Source: an uncultured Candidatus Saccharibacteria bacterium
GTDB lineage: Bacteria > Patescibacteriota > Doudnabacteria > UBA920
Reading direction: 5' to 3'
Assembly (NCBI GenBank): GCA_964512925.1
Contig: CAZEKH010000001.1
Location: 136,226 to 200,225 of the forward strand
DNA: 64,000 nucleotides
Below are positions 59,677 to 64,000 of this stretch, piece by piece. Each line of letters opens with the position of its first letter. The stretch's first letter is position 1. The position numbers and the translations under genes are program-made. Below the pieces are notes generated by a model. The model was given only the letters and a program-made list of their open reading frames with translations, ran no database searches and had not been told where the DNA came from.

Positions 59677-60963
59677 ATGAAGAAAATATTATTGGGTTTT
59701 TTAAGTAGCGTGTTGGTTTTGGGACTTTTGCCGGTTTCGGTTTTAGCCATTGCGCCGGGCAAGGTTGTAGTTATAAAAAAAGTTATAAACGACAACGGTG
59801 GAAGCAAAGTTTCTGGTGATTTTACTATTGATCTCTATGTGAAAGACATCACCAGGCCGGCTAGCGAGCCTATGGTTTTGTGGTCAGAGTTTCCAGGACC
59901 CGTGTCGCCTGGCACAACTTTTAGCATAGGCGCTACTTCCTATAAAGTCACCGAGACCCCAGCGTCCGGTTATACAGCTTACTATTCTTCAGACTGCGAA
60001 GGCTCAGTTTCAAACGGAGAGGTTAAAACTTGTACTGTAACAAACAACGACCAGCCACCGAAAGTTACGGTTATAAAAAATGTAGTCGGTGGAAGCAAAA
60101 CTGCCGGGGATTTTGTAATGCAAGTTTATGGGCGCGATGTGACTCGGCCGGCGGATGAGCCCAATGTGCTTTTGGCGGAATTTCCAGGATCAGGCGGCGA
60201 GGGGACTACTGTAAATATCAATGCCGGAAGCTATGAAGTTAAAGAAATTGTGGATTTAGCTTATACCACCACTTTTTCCGAAGGTTGCAGCGGGACAGCC
60301 TCCGTTGGTCAGAACATCTCTTGTACAGTAACCAATACTTTTAAAAATTCTGAAGGTGGAAGTGGCGGAGGTTCGGGCGGCTCTGGCGGAAGCGGGGGAA
60401 CTGGAGGAGCTGGTGGAACTGGCGGCGGGGGTGGAGGTGGCGGTTTGCCAGTGACCTCTGGTTCAATATCCGGCAGCGTATATAACGATATCAATACAAA
60501 CCAAGTCAAAGACGGTACAGATACAGGACTTTCTGGCTTTACAGTTTTTCTGGATGCCAATGACAACGGACAGCTAGATTCCGGCGAGGCTACAGCTCTA
60601 AGCGGCGCAAACGGAGCCTATGTTTTTTCTGGAATACCTTTCGCAATTTATAATATTAGAGTAGTAGCTCAGCCAGGTTGGAGCATTGCTTTTCCAACCT
60701 TAGCATCTGGCAATAAATATACAGTCAATGTAAGCAGTATCCAACCCAATCATTTTGTTAAAGACTTTGCCTTAAACAACAAGGGTGTGATTTTAGGAGC
60801 GTCTACCGGCCCAGGTGGCAGTACAGCGCCCGGCGCTTCTGACCCTGCAATTTTAGGAGCAGTCACTGAACTGCCCAGAACAGGTTTGCCAGCCAGCCTG
60901 CCTGCATTGTTTGCAGGGCTTGGTATAGCGGGATTTTTACTGAAAAAGAAAAAATTTGTTTAA
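59677..60963 (+). CDS. LPXTG-anchored surface protein (two repeat domains, Gly-rich linker, SdrD-B-like domain)
   Basis: Signal peptide; two Y.V.E..Y...S..C.G...CTVTN domains; ISG.VYND.N.N...D; LPRTG-TM-KKKK. Confidence 0.88.
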   Translation: MKKILLGFLSSVLVLGLLPVSVLAIAPGKVVVIKKVINDNGGSKVSGDFTIDLYVKDITRPASEPMVLWSEFPGPVSPGTTFSIGATSYKVTETPASGYTAYYSSDCEGSVSNGEVKTCTVTNNDQPPKVTVIKNVVGGSKTAGDFVMQVYGRDVTRPADEPNVLLAEFPGSGGEGTTVNINAGSYEVKEIVDLAYTTTFSEGCSGTASVGQNISCTVTNTFKNSEGGSGGGSGGSGGSGGTGGAGGTGGGGGGGGLPVTSGSISGSVYNDINTNQVKDGTDTGLSGFTVFLDANDNGQLDSGEATALSGANGAYVFSGIPFAIYNIRVVAQPGWSIAFPTLASGNKYTVNVSSIQPNHFVKDFALNNKGVILGASTGPGGSTAPGASDPAILGAVTELPRTGLPASLPALFAGLGIAGFLLKKKKFV

Positions 60964-61002
60964 GAACAATCCCTTCCCAAAAATGGGAGGGGATTTTGGT
61001 AT

Positions 61003-61617
61003 ATGAAATATATAAAAAAAATTATACTTTGGGTTTTGTTTTTGTTGGTCTTATGTACGGTGTCAGTGGTGCTGTTGAATTTTCGGTATTTTGTTTTGCA
61101 GTATCAGCTTTTGGTGTCCGGCAAGCCGCCAGAGATAGAGGCGCCGCAAATTTCTAAAAATTCTCAAACGTTGGAAAAAAATGAAAAGCCAAATTATCTT
61201 TGGATTCCATCTTTGGGCATTGAAGCTCCCATAGTATATGTGGATGGAATAACTGACCAAATTTTTCAAGAAGCTTTAGGAAAAGGTGTAGTGCATTTTC
61301 CTCAAACCGCCAAGCCAGGGGAATATGGCAACTGTTACATATTTGGCCATAGCAGCGACTATGCCTGGAGCAAAGGTTCGTACAAAACAGTATTTGCTTT
61401 GCTAACCAAGATTCAGCCAGGGGCGGAAATATTGGTTTCAGATAGTATTGGCAAAGTTTATTTCTATAAAGTTTTGGAAGCAAAAGTGGTAAGTAAAAAG
61501 GATGTGGGCCTGCTGTCCCAGGAAAAATATACAAAAAAACTTTTAACTTTACAAACTTCTTATCCGATAGGCACAGCTTTAAAGCGCTATATTGTTCGCG
61601 CGGAGTTGTCTGAGTAA
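61003..61617 (+). CDS. Sortase-family protein with catalytic Cys replaced by Ser
   Basis: LWIPSL.IEAPIV, GVVHFP..PGE.GN.YIFGHSS, LTLQTSYP..TALKRYIV. Confidence 0.88.
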   Translation: MKYIKKIILWVLFLLVLCTVSVVLLNFRYFVLQYQLLVSGKPPEIEAPQISKNSQTLEKNEKPNYLWIPSLGIEAPIVYVDGITDQIFQEALGKGVVHFPQTAKPGEYGNCYIFGHSSDYAWSKGSYKTVFALLTKIQPGAEILVSDSIGKVYFYKVLEAKVVSKKDVGLLSQEKYTKKLLTLQTSYPIGTALKRYIVRAELSE

Positions 61618-61702
61618 ATCCAGCACTACTTTTTGCTACAAAAAGTGGTGCTGGATAAAAAGTGTGGTATAATAATATAAATACAAAATTAATCTTTTTG
61701 AA

Positions 61703-62014
61703 ATGAAAAATAAAGCAACATTTGCAGCTTTACTAGCTGCTATCGTATTTGGCGCCGTGTTCCCAACTCTGTCTTTGGCGCAAAATTTCGATGTTTTAAA
61801 TGAACAACGGGAAGAGGCAAGGACTTTGGAACAAGCCAGGCCAAGCGGTTTGCAGTTTGAACAGGCTTTGCCTGACGCAGATCCTTCAGTTATGGCGGTT
61901 GGCGAGGTTAAGGGGGCTTCTACCAAGCTGCCCAGAACCGGAGCTCCGCTTCTGGCACTTGCGATTTCTGCCTTAGCCGGGACTTTCGCGTTCCTCAAAA
62001 GAAAGAAAATTTAA
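61703..62014 (+). CDS. Small LPXTG protein
   Basis: Signal peptide SLA; LPRTG-TM-KRKK. Confidence 0.8.
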   Translation: MKNKATFAALLAAIVFGAVFPTLSLAQNFDVLNEQREEARTLEQARPSGLQFEQALPDADPSVMAVGEVKGASTKLPRTGAPLLALAISALAGTFAFLKRKKI

Positions 62015-62079
62015 ACTCTGCCAAAGCCCCGCTCTAAAGTCAGCCGAACAGGCAGACAGGGCGGGGTTTTAGAAATCAA

Positions 62080-62985
62080 ATGCCAGTTAAAACCAAACCT
62101 TCAACAATTGTTAAATCTTCAAACAAAAAAGCTTTGTTAAAAGCGGTTTTGGTTGTAAAAAAAAGGTCAAAGCTAAAGAATGCCGAAGCGATAAAAATTA
62201 AAAAAAATTCTAGAGCAGAAAAGAACAAGTCCGGAGTTTTAGCATTGAAAAAAAATAAAACCGTTAAACTTAAAAGCCCCCCAGAGTTTTTAATTTCCAA
62301 GCCCAGAGAGTACAGCCTTAGGCAAATTTTGCTGAAGCTGGAAACAGAAAAAATAAATTTAAAACCACAGAGCCCCGTTAAAGTTTTTTTAAGAAATTTT
62401 GTTACAGCCTCAGGAGCGGCGGTTTTGTGTTGGATGGTGTTAAATTCCCCGTATTTTTTTGTAGCCGCCAAGCAGGAGATAAATCAAATTTCAAAATCAG
62501 CGGAAACAAGCGGTGCTCAGGAAATGATTCAAACTAAGATATTACCAGAGCTTAAGACAAATGAAATTTATATTCCAAATTTGCAAATTCGGGCTCCGAT
62601 AGTTTATGCCCAAAATAAAGATGAGTCCGAATTTCAAAAATCTTTGAGATTTGGCGTCGTGCACTATCCGGAAACCGTAATGCCTGGCGAAAAAGGCAAC
62701 TGTTATATCTTTGGCCATAGTTCTGATGCGGCCTGGACAAAAGGCGAATATAAAACAGTGTTTGCGGCGCTTCCCCAGATAGTCACTGGCGAGTCCATTT
62801 ATATTTCCGATCCTGAAGGCAGGGTTTATGTTTATAAAGTTTATGAGACTTTGGTTGTTTCGGCTTCTGACACCAAGTATATTTCTGAAAATTTTGGAGA
62901 AAAAACGATATTAACTCTTCAAACTTCCTATCCTGTGGGGACTGCTTTAAAAAGGTATATAGTTCGAGCGGAGGTTTTAGAGTAA
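62080..62985 (+). CDS. Second sortase-family protein (Cys to Ser) with Lys-rich N-terminal extension
   Basis: IYIPNL.IRAPIV, GVVHYP..PGE.GN.YIFGHSS, LTLQTSYP..TALKRYIV. Confidence 0.88.
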   Translation: MPVKTKPSTIVKSSNKKALLKAVLVVKKRSKLKNAEAIKIKKNSRAEKNKSGVLALKKNKTVKLKSPPEFLISKPREYSLRQILLKLETEKINLKPQSPVKVFLRNFVTASGAAVLCWMVLNSPYFFVAAKQEINQISKSAETSGAQEMIQTKILPELKTNEIYIPNLQIRAPIVYAQNKDESEFQKSLRFGVVHYPETVMPGEKGNCYIFGHSSDAAWTKGEYKTVFAALPQIVTGESIYISDPEGRVYVYKVYETLVVSASDTKYISENFGEKTILTLQTSYPVGTALKRYIVRAEVLE

Positions 62986-62994
62986 CATAAGTTT

Positions 62995-64000
62995 ATGAGG
63001 GTTAAAAACCCATCACAATTTGGGCATTCGACTGTGGAAATACTGGTAGCGGCATTTATTTTGGCTTCAGCTTTAGTTGCTGTTCTGATGATTGTTTGGC
63101 AACAATTGGCTTTAGCTTTGTCGGGAGAGATGTTTCAAAAAGCTACTCAAAAAGCGATGACAGCTTTGATTGAAGGTCAGACGGTTTTAAGAAGCAATTT
63201 TGAAGCCAGTATAGACAAAAATGAAACCGATGGAATTTTTGCCTTAAGTCTGAATAAGGATTTTTTAAGCCCACAAGCTGAAAAAGTCATGTCAAAAGTT
63301 TCTTGGCAGGATGCTTTTTATGGGCAGAGAGAGATCGAAATGTCCGGTAATGTCTGGGATCTGAGCCATATGGGCGGAGCAGACACCTGCGGACTGGGTT
63401 TTTCCGGCAGCTGGATAAGCGCCAATACTTTGGGAAGTTATTATGCCGATCCGGCTAACCCAATTATTGACGCTGATGTAGATGATAAAAAAATATATGT
63501 TGCAACAAACTCTTCCGCGTCTTCTCTGGAAGATTTTTTTATTTTAGATGCCTCAGACCAGCTCAATCCTCAGAAATTATCCACTTCCGTTTTAAATACC
63601 GGACCTGGATTGGCTGCTCTTCAAAAGAGCGGTGATTATATATTTGCCGCCAATGACGGCACAGCCCAGCAGCTTCATATTATTAAAGTGTTAAATCCCG
63701 AGGCGCCAACGTTAGTTTTAAAATTGCGAGTACCCAATTTTAACGGCCTGCAATCTGACGGAACAGGCTCATCTGTGCTAGTTTATGGCACAAAATTATT
63801 TTTAGGTTTAACAAAGAACAATGGTCCGGAATTGCATATTTATGATGTTAGTAATCCAGAAGCTCCTTTATGGTTGGGTTACTTTGAAACAAACAGCGCT
63901 GTCAATGCGATGACAGCTTTTCGCGGCAGATTGTATTTGTCCGTTGCCTCAGGAGATCAGTTGGTGATTTTAGACATCAGCGATGCCCATCATCCTGTAA
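62995..64000 (+). CDS. Pilin-like protein with LVIVD-like repeats (runs off the window); paralog of 53057..54526
   Basis: Translated by hand: MRVKNPSQFG|HSTVEILVAAF, hydrophobic helix, ELHIYDVSNP; no stop seen before 64000. Confidence 0.8.
   Translation, partial: MRVKNPSQFGHSTVEILVAAFILASALVAVLMIVWQQLALALSGEMFQKATQKAMTALIEGQTVLRSNFEASIDKNETDGIFALSLNKDFLSPQAEKVMSKVSWQDAFYGQREIEMSGNVWDLSHMGGADTCGLGFSGSWISANTLGSYYADPANPIIDADVDDKKIYVATNSSASSLEDFFILDASDQLNPQKLSTSVLNTGPGLAALQKSGDYIFAANDGTAQQLHIIKVLNPEAPTLVLKLRVPNFNGLQSDGTGSSVLVYGTKLFLGLTKNNGPELHIYDVSNPEAPLWLGYFETNSAVNAMTAFRGRLYLSVASGDQLVILDISDAHHPV

Noticed and set aside
60355-60445. Gly-rich repeat as a mobile or contingency repeat
   Set aside because: It encodes an ordinary Gly/Ser/Thr linker with varied codons.

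Overview
64 kb of bacterial chromosome. Several traits suggest Patescibacteria/CPR, by inference: a short ValS with no C-terminal coiled coil, an EF-P without PGKG, a type IV pilus locus and sortases. Housekeeping genes include the rpoC 3' part, valS, tsaD, engB, htrA, trxB, efp, rpsR-ssb-rpsF, ychF, a phosphomannomutase, trpS, rnj, secG, uvrC and uvrA, plus tRNA-Glu(TTC), tRNA-Leu(CAG) and a probable Val T-box. Accessory content includes an AT-rich immunity-like island after tRNA-Glu, several self-contained orphan gene cassettes (two PEP-CTERM-like), a PilB/PilC/pilin locus, an AbiEii toxin-antitoxin pair and a substrate-sortase-substrate-sortase cluster. The main unexplained signal is a dense set of small palindromic repeats. 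Three families each occur both as the ends of a small nuclease gene (one DUF559, two GIY-YIG) and as empty copies. One family has inserted in frame into at least 9 genes. One GIY-YIG cassette is fused as the leader of a prepilin. Both sortases have Ser in place of the catalytic Cys. No CRISPR array, rRNA, integrase or transposase was seen.
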